Of a stretch of 64,000 nucleotides of DNA, positions 8,242 through 18,200 are shown piece after piece; the first letter of the stretch is position 1, and each line of letters starts with the position of its first letter. The notes beneath the pieces are model-generated. The model did not search any database, was not told the origin of the DNA, and was given only the letters and a program-made list of their open reading frames with translations. The stretch is from Terriglobia bacterium. GTDB lineage: Bacteria; Acidobacteriota; Terriglobia; 20CM-2-55-15. A program made the translations under genes and the position numbers. Location: positions 128,001 through 192,000 of the forward strand of contig CBDAOY010000005.1 of assembly GCA_965198225.1 (NCBI GenBank). The letters are read 5' to 3'.

Positions 8242-10164
8242 CTACTTGGGAGGTGGCAGCGTTATGATCGCTCCCTCGAACGGCGGCACGCCGGCGCCCG
8301 CGCACCAGGCTCCGGTGCCCCGGAAGTGGGTGTCGATACACTTGAACTCGGCGCCGAGACCCAAAAGGAACTCCACGGTCTCTGGCATCGGCGAACGCTT
8401 GTGGAATCCGGCTCCGCCGCCGCGGGCCATGTCGACCGTCGTCTGGCCAAGCCTGCTGATTGCGTGCAAATCGGCGCCCTTCGACAGCAGATACTCGATG
8501 AGCTCGTGGTCGCCCCTGGCCGCCGCGTAGTGAAGCGGCGTGTAGCCCCAGGAGTTGGGCACGCTGACGTCGGCGCCATGCTCCTCGACCAGGTACTTCA
8601 CCGTATTGAAAAAGTTGTTCGGAATCTGCCGCATGTCGACGGCGACGAACCCCAGCCAACCACCGCCCGCCGCGGCGTGTATGGGATACATGTTGGCCGT
8701 GCCCTTGGGAAACGGCGGCAGCCCGGAATCATCCGAGCCTCGCCCGTCCTCCTGCCGTGAGCCCCTCATGCCGACCTCGTCCCACCGGGTCGGAGTGTTC
8801 GGGTCGGCACCATAGGCCGCCAGCAACTTCATCGCCTCGATGTCCAGCGCAAACGCGGCCCGCCAGAACGGGGTGGCACCGTTGACGTCGAGCCCGACGC
8901 GTCCGACGACGAATTCCCAGTACCACATGTGCCTCGTGGTCGCCACGTTCGGGTCGGCGCCCGCCTCCAGCAGCGCGCGCAGTACGTCCATGTAGCCGCT
9001 CTTCTGGTACTCGTGCGCCCGGGGCACCGGGTAACTGGTAAAGTTCGCCCACTGGGTCTGCAACACACCCAATAGCGGTGCGACCCTGTCGGTGTGTGTG
9101 GCGAGGTTCGGATCCGCGCCGCGCTCGATCAGCACCAGCGCCAGGTCGAAGTGACCGTTCTGCACGGCGCTGACGAGGGGACTGCTTCCGTCGCCGCCGC
9201 TGATCTGGTTGATGTCGGCTCCGGCGTCCAGGAGAACCTTCGCCGCTTCGGTGTGGCCTTCGCGGGCCGCGTGCAGCAACGCCGTCAACCCGCCCGTCTT
9301 CCCGACCAGGCTCTCAAACCACGGTCGTGCCAGGTACTCGACTTCGGTCGCCCTGTACATTCGGCGGTTCGCCACATCGTCGGGATGGAAGTCCACGAGC
9401 AACTCTTCGATCGCCTCATCCGAGCGCAGGAACTCGCGCTGGGCGGCGATGGCCGCCTGCGCCTCCGTGGCGGTCAAAGCCCGGTCCGCCCCCTCCGGCG
9501 AGCTCTCGAGGATCTCCTTCTGCGCCTCCTGGAGGCGTGCCTGCGCAGCCTGGTCGATGACCATTCTCTTCAGCACATCGACGACTTCGGTGCGGATCGC
9601 CGTATCCGCGCCGTGACCGAGAAGCTCGAGGACCGACGCCGTGCGGCCGTAGGACGCCGCGAACATCAACGGCGTCTGTCCCGCCGAAGCCTCCAGGCCG
9701 TTGACGGGTGCGCCGTGCTCCAGCAGCACCCGGACCGTGCTCTCGCCCTCGAACGCTTTCGCGGCCAGATGGAGTGGCGTCACACGGCTGCCTGACGTCA
9801 CCGCGCCCGGATCGGCGCCGGCCTCAATGAGTGCGTCAACGAGGGGGGCTTGAGCGGCGCCGCTGGCGAGGTGGATCGGCATGTAGCCGCCGATGCGCGT
9901 CGTCACCCCGACCTGGGCTCCCGCACCGATCAAGAGCCTGGCGATCTCGAGGTTCCCCGCATCGGCAGCCAGGTGCAGCGCGGTCAAACCGTCCCCCCGG
10001 GCCGCGTTCGGATCCGCTCCGTCGGCCAGGAGCGACTGGACCCCCGCCACGTCACCCCGCTTCGTCGCGTCGAGGAGCGGCAAGTCGGCCGCCGCAGCGG
10101 TCCCCGTCAGCAGGGCGATTGCCACGACCGCAACGGTCAGGCACGTCCCTCTTCCTGGATTCAT
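8242..10164 (-). CDS. Exported ankyrin-repeat protein
   Basis: Signal peptide (AAAA/DLP) and many GxTxLHxAA..G..L..GADxN repeats. Confidence 0.92.
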   Translation of the reverse strand: MNPGRGTCLTVAVVAIALLTGTAAAADLPLLDATKRGDVAGVQSLLADGADPNAARGDGLTALHLAADAGNLEIARLLIGAGAQVGVTTRIGGYMPIHLASGAAQAPLVDALIEAGADPGAVTSGSRVTPLHLAAKAFEGESTVRVLLEHGAPVNGLEASAGQTPLMFAASYGRTASVLELLGHGADTAIRTEVVDVLKRMVIDQAAQARLQEAQKEILESSPEGADRALTATEAQAAIAAQREFLRSDEAIEELLVDFHPDDVANRRMYRATEVEYLARPWFESLVGKTGGLTALLHAAREGHTEAAKVLLDAGADINQISGGDGSSPLVSAVQNGHFDLALVLIERGADPNLATHTDRVAPLLGVLQTQWANFTSYPVPRAHEYQKSGYMDVLRALLEAGADPNVATTRHMWYWEFVVGRVGLDVNGATPFWRAAFALDIEAMKLLAAYGADPNTPTRWDEVGMRGSRQEDGRGSDDSGLPPFPKGTANMYPIHAAAGGGWLGFVAVDMRQIPNNFFNTVKYLVEEHGADVSVPNSWGYTPLHYAAARGDHELIEYLLSKGADLHAISRLGQTTVDMARGGGAGFHKRSPMPETVEFLLGLGAEFKCIDTHFRGTGAWCAGAGVPPFEGAIITLPPPK

Positions 10165-11576
10165 GCCGCCCCCCTCGAATCCACCGACTCCCCGGGGTAA
10201 GTCACCGGGAACTCGCCCGTGCTGTCGCCGAAGAACTCCATGTCGTCGTGTCCCATTCGATGCATCAGGGTCAGGAAGGCGTTCGCCATCGGCGTCCCCC
10301 TCTCGGCCTTCAGGTGAAGGTTGCCCTCCAGCGCTCCGTTCGCGTGCCCCATCATCAACAGCGGGCAGCGAATGTTGTTGTGGGGGTTCCCGTCCCCCAT
10401 CGCCGAGCCCCAGACGATGGCGGTCTTGTCCAGCAGCGAAGCGTCACCCTCCATGGTGTTCTTCAGCTTGTCCAGGAAGTAAGCGAACTGACCCAGGCGG
10501 TACCGGTTGATCATGAGGTAGGCCATGATGCCATCGGGCGTGTTTCCGTGGTGCGACGCCGAGTGCCATGGTTTGTTCGTTCCGCTCTCGGGGAAGGTCA
10601 TGCTCGAGCGGTCGGCTCCCGGCTTGAAGGTGATCACCCGCGTGAGGTCCGCCTGGAACGCCACCAGCTGGAGGTCGAACATCAACTGCATGTGATCCTC
10701 CCACCGGTCGGGAACGCCTGAGGGCGCCTCCGGCATCGCGCGCTCCTCGCCGCTGTTGTTCTGCGCCTCGACCAGCTGGATCCTCCGCTCCATCTCGCGG
10801 ATGTGGGTCGTGTACTGGTCCAGGGCCCGACGGTCGGTCGCACCCAGCTCCCTCTTCAGATCGGTCAGCTTCGTCCCGACCCAGTCGAGCAGGCTCCCGT
10901 TCGTCTGCCGCCGGGCCGCACGGTCCGCCGCCGAGTCACCGACGCCGAAGAGCTGCTCGAACACGGTCCTCGGATCGGCGACGGGCTGAAGCGGTTCGGT
11001 GGGACCCGCCCATGCGATCGTCGTCCCGTACGCGCAGTGGTAGCTGTATTCACAACCGCCGGGCCCCCCCAGCTCGGTAGTCAGCTCCAGCGAGGGCAGC
11101 ACCGTATCCTGTCCGAAGCGGTCCGCATGGTACTGATCCAGCGACTTCCCGAGGTAGACCGCGCCCGACTTGCGCAGCGGATGGGCCTGCGTCAGGAACA
11201 CCGCGGACGCGCGGTCGTGGCCGCCGCCGATCTCGTCGGGCGTCAGCGAACTCGCCATTCGGACGTCGGTATCGCTGACGACCGTCACGTAGTCCCGGAA
11301 CGCCTCGAGGGGCTTCAGATGGCTGTCATCTATGAATTCGAAGTCGCGGCCGACCTTCGCTGGTGCGAAGAAGTGCCGCTCGTCACCCCACTCGTTGCTG
11401 CCCGCGCACCCCATCGACTCCTCGACGCCGATCAGGCGCGTGAACTTCTCCGCCGCGGGGTCTTGCCAGGCTCGGGCGGCCGGTACCATCGACTCCATGA
11501 ACGGCAGCGCCACCATGACGCCGGCGCCGCGGAGAAAGGTCCGTCGGGGGATGTATTTTCCAGTGATGTAGGACAT
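10161..11576 (-). CDS. DUF1552 (HXXSHH) family protein with a twin-arginine leader
   Basis: PRRTFLRGAG.MVALPFMESM, WHSASHH, GSAMGDGNPHN, TPMANAFLT. Confidence 0.92.
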   Translation of the reverse strand: MSYITGKYIPRRTFLRGAGVMVALPFMESMVPAARAWQDPAAEKFTRLIGVEESMGCAGSNEWGDERHFFAPAKVGRDFEFIDDSHLKPLEAFRDYVTVVSDTDVRMASSLTPDEIGGGHDRASAVFLTQAHPLRKSGAVYLGKSLDQYHADRFGQDTVLPSLELTTELGGPGGCEYSYHCAYGTTIAWAGPTEPLQPVADPRTVFEQLFGVGDSAADRAARRQTNGSLLDWVGTKLTDLKRELGATDRRALDQYTTHIREMERRIQLVEAQNNSGEERAMPEAPSGVPDRWEDHMQLMFDLQLVAFQADLTRVITFKPGADRSSMTFPESGTNKPWHSASHHGNTPDGIMAYLMINRYRLGQFAYFLDKLKNTMEGDASLLDKTAIVWGSAMGDGNPHNNIRCPLLMMGHANGALEGNLHLKAERGTPMANAFLTLMHRMGHDDMEFFGDSTGEFPVTYPGESVDSRGAA

Positions 11577-11766
11577 AGTTTGAGTCTCCTCAACCGTTGG
11601 GTGATGTGTTTAATTGCGGGCCGCTACGTCGTCCGCCCGGCCGGTAGACGGAGCTTTGAAACTTCTGTGTTTTTATCACTATACGGCGGGTCGGGCAAGC
11701 AGAATCCACCCCCGTTTTCGCTACCCGGAGCGGTATGCCGGGTTGGGCGAACTCGATGGTGCCCCG

Positions 11767-11844
11767 GTCCTGGTGGCGAGTTTGCCGGCACGGCGGGCGA
11801 CAAGGGTCGATCCGATTGTTGCGTTGAGGTGGGAAAAGGTGTAG
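11767..11844 (+). pseudogene. Short orphan 3' tail of the ADOP permease
   Basis: [25 protein letters not shown], followed by the same REP that follows the intact gene at 6136-6158. Confidence 0.85.
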
Positions 11845-11910
11845 GTGCGCTCTATGAGCGCACACATGAACGCGGAACCAGAAGTTGTTCGGTCATAGAC
11901 CGAACCTACC
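11839..11910. repeat. REPIN (inverted pair of GTAG REPs)
   Basis: gtgtaggtgcgctctatgagcgcac ... gttcggtcatagaccgaacctacc. Confidence 0.85.
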
Positions 11911-11948
11911 CGGAACCTCGCAGCTGGTTGGGCCGACTCAAAACAAGG

Positions 11949-12269
11949 TCAAGTCGCCGCACGGGAGAGCCAGTATCCCGGCGATTGTCGATCATGCGCG
12001 AATGCAAGAACGCGGATCACGTCGTCGGTCAGTTCGAGATAAACGACATGGAAGGGGAACCGTCTCACTGGCACCCGACGAACCGGCAAGTCAAGCGGCA
12101 GGTCTGAGACCGGTGTTCCCGCGGCGGGAAAGCGGTCGATGAACTCGAAGGCGTCATCGACGGCTTCGAGAAACTCACCGCCAAGGCCGGCCCGTTTATT
12201 TTCGTACCAGAGGGCCGCTTCGCCGAGTTCAGCAGAGGCTTCGGGTTCCGTCCGAAGCCTACGTGTCAC
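11949..12269 (-). CDS. ParE/RelE-family toxin
   Basis: EASAELGEAALWYE..GLGGEFL, RRFPFHVVY, RVLAFAHDRQSPGYW. Confidence 0.9.
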   Translation of the reverse strand: MTRRLRTEPEASAELGEAALWYENKRAGLGGEFLEAVDDAFEFIDRFPAAGTPVSDLPLDLPVRRVPVRRFPFHVVYLELTDDVIRVLAFAHDRQSPGYWLSRAAT

Positions 12270-12507
12270 CAGTCAAACGCTGGACGATGCGATCGCGCGC
12301 CTCTTCCCATGGCTCGCCTACGGACTCACCGGCCAGAACGCGACGCGCTCGCCGCTCGATCTCTTTTGCCCAAGCAGCTTGCACAGCCGCAGGGTCCTCA
12401 GTAGTCGAGTCGTCGAGGCTCGCCAACAACTCGGCGGCGACATCGGCGCGTTCGTCAGGAAGAAGCGTTAGGGCCTCGCGAAGCAATGCTTGCGCGCGAT
12501 CGCTCAT
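12259..12507 (-). CDS. Addiction-module antitoxin (TIGR02574-like)
   Basis: ALTLLPDERADVAAELLASLD..AWAKEIERR..PWEEA; overlaps the toxin start. Confidence 0.88.
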   Translation of the reverse strand: MSDRAQALLREALTLLPDERADVAAELLASLDDSTTEDPAAVQAAWAKEIERRARRVLAGESVGEPWEEARDRIVQRLTGDT

Positions 12508-12669
12508 GGAATCATTCTAAGCCAAGTAACGCAGCCTACCAAGGCAATGAAGCCGGCAGTCCGTAAACCCGACGGGCAATGCCGTCTCTCGTCACAGATC
12601 CCACCTTCTGGGTGGCAGTACTTGTCAACCGTCCTGATCTAACAGTCGTCAGAACTCCAGATTGATCCG

Positions 12670-12770
12670 ATTGGTCGAGTGTAAGAACCGGATAGGCTTT
12701 CGGGTTGCGCCGAACTCTGTCGAAGGCGGACCTGACCTCGTCAAGAAAGCTGGACGCCAAGTCCCGGTTT
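12670..12770 (-). pseudogene. Fragment of a ParE-like toxin
   Basis: LASSFLDEVRSAFDRVRRNPKAYPVL; both ends are missing. Confidence 0.6.
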
Positions 12771-12776
12771 GCCCAG

Positions 12777-12974
12777 CTAACAGCGGTGAGCCTCTTTTAA
12801 CCTACCTTGCCGATGTTCCTTGTATCGGCGTTCGGCTTTGTCGATCCATTCCGATTCCATGCCGCCGTCATCGATCGGATCCAGGCTGTCGATCAGATCT
12901 CGGGCCAGTTTCGCGCGATCGCGGGGTGGAAATTCCATGGCTTTTTCTTTCAAGTCTTTGGCGGATTCGGACAT
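12777..12974 (-). CDS. Addiction-module antitoxin, C-terminus truncated
   Basis: DRAKLARDLIDSLD..EWIDKAERRY. Confidence 0.75.
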   Translation of the reverse strand: MSESAKDLKEKAMEFPPRDRAKLARDLIDSLDPIDDGGMESEWIDKAERRYKEHRQGRLKEAHRC

Positions 12975-12984
12975 CTGATCTCTC

Positions 12985-13209
12985 CTAGGCTTCGGTCAGT
13001 TTCTTCCGCACTTCAGCCCAGGGCACGAGCTCTACGGTACCGGCGTCGATCTGCTTCAGGCGTTCTTGAATTTCAGTCTTCCAAGCCTCTTCGACGTTCT
13101 CATCAACCTCTTCGTCAAGGCTGTCGATGAGAGAGCTCGCAAGCGCGGCCCTCGCCTCCGATGGGAGTTTCATCGCCTTTTCAAGCAGATCTGAGACGTC
13201 CGGTTTCAT
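12985..13209 (-). CDS. Addiction-module antitoxin (solo)
   Basis: AMKLPSEARAALASSLIDSLD..EAWKTEIQERL..VPWAEV. Confidence 0.88.
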   Translation of the reverse strand: MKPDVSDLLEKAMKLPSEARAALASSLIDSLDEEVDENVEEAWKTEIQERLKQIDAGTVELVPWAEVRKKLTEA

Positions 13210-13284
13210 GTCCTGATGGTATCACCTCATGGTGATCCTGCGTAGAACGCGGGACGATACAGTCCGAAGAAAGCTGTCTACGAG

Positions 13285-13675
13285 AGCCTTAGCGGTCGGC
13301 CGCCGGGCGGGGGGCAGTGTGGCCGTCCTCTTTGGCGGTGTCGATCCACAGGGCCATCGCGTCGTTGATGTTCCTCGATGCCGTTTCCTGGCTGTCGCCG
13401 TGGGCATCTCGGCCACGAAGAGTTCGTCCTCTTCGCTCCAGTAAATGACGATCTCGTATTTGAACATCAGCGTTCGCTTCCGAGGCCAAGATTGAGGCAA
13501 GTTCGCGATGTCCTTCTGTCCTGCCTTCGTAAAAACGTGTCCGTTCTAAACGTTGGACATCACTCATCGCCTGCTCCTCCCTCGGTGGTGACGCCGCCTT
13601 TCTTCCGGTAACATGATCTCTTTCTGCGGCGTTCTCCGGGATTTCTTGGAAAAGCCATGGCTGACTACCAGGCTG
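13285..13675 (-). pseudogene. Decayed duplicate of the RelE-HTH-HicB block at 7028-7640
   Basis: Same junctions (GCAGGCrATGAGTGAT; CGAACGCTGATGTTCAAATACGAGATCGTCAT). HicB (13285-13467) has a frameshifting deletion; HTH and RelE are reduced to fragments. Confidence 0.8.
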
Positions 13676-13808
13676 GGAATGTGGGCGCAGAGCTGCCCGA
13701 ACACGCAATAACTGATGACCCAATCAGGGAAACGGGGGCCGTGCCCCCCTAATAGCCCCTTTGGCCCCCCTTGCAGTCCCCATCTGTTTGTACGCTAGCG
13801 CGGAAGGT

Positions 13809-14243
13809 TTAGCCCGCCACGCTTTGCTTGAGGACGAAGTCTCGGTCCCCGGAGACCGCCTTCAGCAACTGATCGAGCTTTTCGATCGAGGGCAGGGACT
13901 CGCCACGTTCATAGCGGGCGTAAGCATTGCGTGATTTTACGCCCAGTCGCTCGGCGGCTTCGGCCAGGGAAAGCCCGCTTTGCTCCCTCTGCCGTTGCAG
14001 GAGCAGGCGGATCATATCCGGGAGATCGGGAGAACTGATTTCGAACTCTCCGTCGGTGCCCAGATGGACCGCTGCCGAAAACCCCGGACGGTCCACCATG
14101 GTCCGAAACCAGTCTTCGATCATCTCCAGGGCTTCTTTGCGCGTGCGTCCCTGTGTGAATGCTTCAAACACAGGTACTTCCGCCAACCAGAAGCCGCCGT
14201 CCCTGTAGACTCGCCCGTGAAATCTCATTTCCGTGTTCTCCAT
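13809..14243 (-). CDS. HicB-like antitoxin fused to an XRE HTH
   Basis: WLAEVP..TQGRTRKEALEMIED followed by GLSLAEAAERLG.KSRNAYARYERG. Confidence 0.88.
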   Translation of the reverse strand: MENTEMRFHGRVYRDGGFWLAEVPVFEAFTQGRTRKEALEMIEDWFRTMVDRPGFSAAVHLGTDGEFEISSPDLPDMIRLLLQRQREQSGLSLAEAAERLGVKSRNAYARYERGESLPSIEKLDQLLKAVSGDRDFVLKQSVAG

Positions 14244-14404
14244 GCTCTTCTAAGAATCGCTTCCGCCAGCTTGTCGTTGATCTCCGCGTGTCGCGGGATG
14301 GGTTCGGTTCGATCACCGTCGGTCCAAACGTCGTGTTTGCCGCCGTGACGCAAGAGTTTCCAACCGAGTTTCCTGAGCTCACTTTCCAGAGTGCAGCGCT
14401 TCAC
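14225..14404 (-). CDS. HicA-family toxin
   Basis: LRKLGWKLLRHGGKHDVW..IPRHAEI; GTG start inferred at 14404. Confidence 0.88.
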   Translation of the reverse strand: MKRCTLESELRKLGWKLLRHGGKHDVWTDGDRTEPIPRHAEINDKLAEAILRRAWRTRK

Positions 14405-14588
14405 ACAAGTGTACACGTATTGGTGTACGAATGGCAAGCACACCCTGTGGCCGTGGGCTTAGCGGCGACCCTCTACGAACACGCTCGTGCTTTCACAAGC
14501 ACGATGGGTTCCTTCGAGTTGGTCGAGTCACATGGTGGGAGCGCACCTTGGCCAGGTCTCAGCCCGCGGATCCCAGCCTCAGCTGACT

Positions 14589-15008
14589 CTAATCTCTCTT
14601 GTCTGAATCTCTCCTGCGGATTCTCTCCCATAGCCCCCGTGGATTCACGATCAGGACCGGTGGGGTGGCGAGTTCCAACATCTCACGGTCGCCGGTCACG
14701 AAGATGTCCACCCTGGCTTCGATTGCGGCAGCCAGAATCCGTCGGTCTGCCCGATCGCGCAGACCCACCGCGACTCCCTTGGCAGGGCTTCCGCCGACTT
14801 CGCATTCAGATCGTAGGAACTGAACGACGGCATCAACATCCTCAACAGGGAGGCGAATCTTGGACTTGAGGGCCCGGCGGACCTCGGCCAGGACAATCCC
14901 GGCCGTGACCAGTTCATGGTCGGCAAGAGCCAGCCTGAACACGTCGGCACACAGTCCGCGAGTGGCAAACGCGCTGACGATCACATTTGTATCGAGAAAG
15001 ATCCTCAA
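14589..15008 (-). CDS. PIN-domain (PIN_3/VapC-like) toxin
   Basis: MRIFLDTNVIVSA, RDRADRRILAAA, FVTGDREML. Confidence 0.9.
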   Translation of the reverse strand: MRIFLDTNVIVSAFATRGLCADVFRLALADHELVTAGIVLAEVRRALKSKIRLPVEDVDAVVQFLRSECEVGGSPAKGVAVGLRDRADRRILAAAIEARVDIFVTGDREMLELATPPVLIVNPRGLWERIRRRDSDKRD

Positions 15009-15232
15009 GAAACGTCGCGGGCGATGTCCTCGTCGGTGAGGTAACCGCGGGCTTCAGCGAAGGGCAGGGTCCGGCGGCGCAGGGTTTCAAAACGCTGGAG
15101 GCGGAGCTGACGCCGGAGCGCGTCGCGGACAATCTCGCTTCTGGAGCGGCCGGTACTGTCGGCGAGCTCCGACAAGAGGGTTTCAAGCTCTTCGTCCAGG
15201 CGGATGGTCATGACACGATTCATGTCATACAT
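15005..15232 (-). CDS. CopG/ribbon-helix-helix antitoxin
   Basis: MTIRLDEEL..GRSRSEIVRDALRRQL..GYLTDEDI; overlaps the PIN start. Confidence 0.88.
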   Translation of the reverse strand: MYDMNRVMTIRLDEELETLLSELADSTGRSRSEIVRDALRRQLRLQRFETLRRRTLPFAEARGYLTDEDIARDVS

Positions 15233-15292
15233 CGTAATACAGATCTTGGTGGTCCTGCAATTCTACTGAGCGGAGGCGCATCGTGCGTTCGC

Positions 15293-18200
15293 TTACGAGG
15301 CGGAACTCGAGGCAGCCTCCGTCGGGGGGGTCTCGGCGTACCCACAAATCCAGGCGTAGCGTGTGTCGCGGAAGAGATCGGGGTGGGCCACCATGACGAG
15401 CTTCCTCCGCGCCCGGGTCAGCGCGACGTTGAAGCGTCGATCATCGAAGACGAATCCGGTGCCGCGGGAACGCACGAAGGAGATGACGATTACGTCGCGC
15501 TCGCCTCCCTGGAAGCGTTCAACGGTGTCGGCGACGACTCCGGTACCTTCGAGCAGCCGGCGCAGGAGCACGACCTGTGCCCGGAAGGGCGAGATCACGC
15601 CGATCGCTTCGGCCGGGACCCGTTCCCGCAACGCTTCGACCAGATCGCGGACCACATGCGCCTCGGCCGGATTCGACCGGCCGTCGGAATCCGACCCAAC
15701 GGGCAGGAAAACGATGGGAGCTCCCACGGGCGGTATCCGGTCCTCGGAGGCGACTCCCGAGGTGAGGCGCCCGGAGTAGTAGAGCCTGTTCGATACCCCC
15801 ATGATTTCGGGATGCATGCGGTACTGCGTGTCGAGCAGCGTCAGTATCCCGGGAGCGGCGGATTCGGCCTGTTCCTTCAGGCGTTCGAACATCGATCGTC
15901 CGAGATCCTGCAGGCGAACCACCGGCGGCAATTGCCGGTCGTCGCCGATCAGAACGAAACGGCGGGCGCGCATGATCAGGCCGAGCGTGAGTGGTTCGGT
16001 GAGCTGTCCGGCCTCGTCGACGATGGCCATATCGAACGTCCGGCCTCGAAGGTATGGATGGCTCGACGCTCGGTGAGCGGTCGACGCCACAACGGGAACG
16101 GAGTCGAGTTTCTGCCGTAGTTCCCTGGCGCTGCCGGTGGCCGAAGCCAGATCGTCGCTAAAATAGGTGGCGAACTCGGCACCGAGGCGGCTCGCGAGCT
16201 CCGGCGAATCCTTCGACCGTCCGATGCGCAGGAAGCGGGCCTGCGGATCGTGGTCCAGCATCGCCAGCAACATCTTGTCGACGGCCGTGTTCGTGAACGC
16301 TCCGAGCAGGACCGAGCCTCCGACATTCGCGACGATCTCGGGGACGACTTTCGTCTTCCCGGTTCCCGGCGGACCCCAGATCAAACGGAACACCCGACAT
16401 TCCACGGCTCGGCGAACCGCTTCGACCTGACTTGGGTTCAACTCGCTCCGCAGTTCGAGCGACTTGCCTGTCGTCGGATCCGGGTCACCGGTCCCCTCTC
16501 CAAGCGCCGGCGACAGATCCCCGAGGACGATTCGTTTGCGGGGATCGTCGGGGCTGACCAGGAAGTCGTACAGGGCCGTCTGACTGGCCTCGCTGGTGCG
16601 GTCGGAGGGAAAGCGATCGATCGTCCAGGACGGGCCTTCGAAGGCGGCTTTGGAAACGTTTTTCAGGGGAATCGAGATGCGGGCCTCCCGGCCCCCGATC
16701 GATCGCAGGTAACCATGGAAGATGGGACTGCTCGAGATTCGACCCGAATGGATCAGGACACGGTCACCCACCGCCAGGTCCGAATCGTTCTCCTCGAACT
16801 CGAACACGAACTGTCCGGATTCCGAACCGGAACAACGGGCATTGCAGATCGTCTTGAAGTTGCGCACGCGGAAGCCGCGCCGGCTGTCATCGAGCAGATC
16901 CGCCAGATCCTTGTCCGCCGTCCATTTCTCCGCCTGCACGAGCGTAGAGAACCGCCGAAAATACTCCAAATCAGGGCCGGGCGCGGCGTCTGGACGGTCA
17001 CCGAACACTTCGGTCGACTCCATGCATCGACGGCGAGTCCACGACGGGCAGGCGCCGCACACCCCGGGGTCGAAGTCGGCGTAGCGCATCGGAACGTGCG
17101 GGCGGGGCCGGCCCAGCGCGTAGGAAAGAGCCGCGAGCCTGTTTCGCGCTTCAAGAACGCGTGCAAAATCAGCGCCTGTTCGCAGGGGCGTACTGGTTCC
17201 ATCGTTGGAAGACAGCAGGCGGGTCGTCACCTCGAGCGGCTCGTCACCCATGTGCTCCCGACGACGCAGCCAGTCCGACAGCAGCAGACGGTAGATGAAC
17301 AACTGCGCATGATCTTCTTCGCGCAGGCGCTTCCCAGTCTTCAGCTCGACCACGTCGAGACGATTCCCTGTCGTGAAGACGGCATCGATCCGGCCCTGGA
17401 CGCCGAGTGTCGCCGAGTACCGTCGCAACTCGACTTGCGGGTCCTCTCTCATATGCGGATTCAGATCCACGAATTCCTTCAGAGCTGCGGCATGTCGCAA
17501 GGCTTCGGCCCGGAACGCATCCTCGTCGAAGTCGGAGTCCGTAATGGCGGCCATCTGAACGAGGTATCCCGGCAGCACGGCTTCGTAGGAAGCGGCGATG
17601 TCGTCTTCGCCTTCCAGCATCCGGTCGAACATGGCGTGCACAATCATCCCCTTGAGCGTATGCACCGTCACGTCACCCCGACCGCGCCGCGTCTGATCGA
17701 CGAGCGGCTTGGGGCAGTTCAATGCCCGGGCCACCGAAGTCGCGTTCACCTGCCGGAGGGGTTCGAGAACGAAAAACGTTTCAGGGCAGTCTTCAAAACT
17801 GCCCTCCGAAACCGGGACGAGGTTGTAGGCCGCGATGGATGCGTGTACCCAGAAGTAGGGAATGATGAAACACGCGCTCGGGTTCACCCCAGACCGAGCC
17901 CGCACCTCGATTTCACGTTCGCGCAGCGGACCCGTCGTCACCTCGGCCTCGAATCCGGCCTCCCAGTGGCCGTCCCCGGTTTCAACAGGCTGCCGGATGC
18001 GGAGAATCTTCGCCTCCGGGATGACCACACGATCCCCGCCCCTCACCCCGCCGCGGGCGCGGGCCTCCAGCGTGGGTGGATTGCGATCGAGGACTCCGTA
18101 CAAGGCGGTTATAACGTCGTCGATGGAGGTGTAGTCGTCCTCGAGGGCGCGCCAGATCACCTGGGCCAGGTAGCGGGACACGCCATGATCCGGACCGATC

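Noticed and set aside
51-11844. ADOP tails as DGR template/variable repeats
   Set aside because: Differences are not confined to adenines and include indels; no reverse transcriptase is in the window.
6136-15232. Classical integron
   Set aside because: No tyrosine integrase, and no recognisable RYYYAAC...GTTRRRY attC hairpins between genes by eye.
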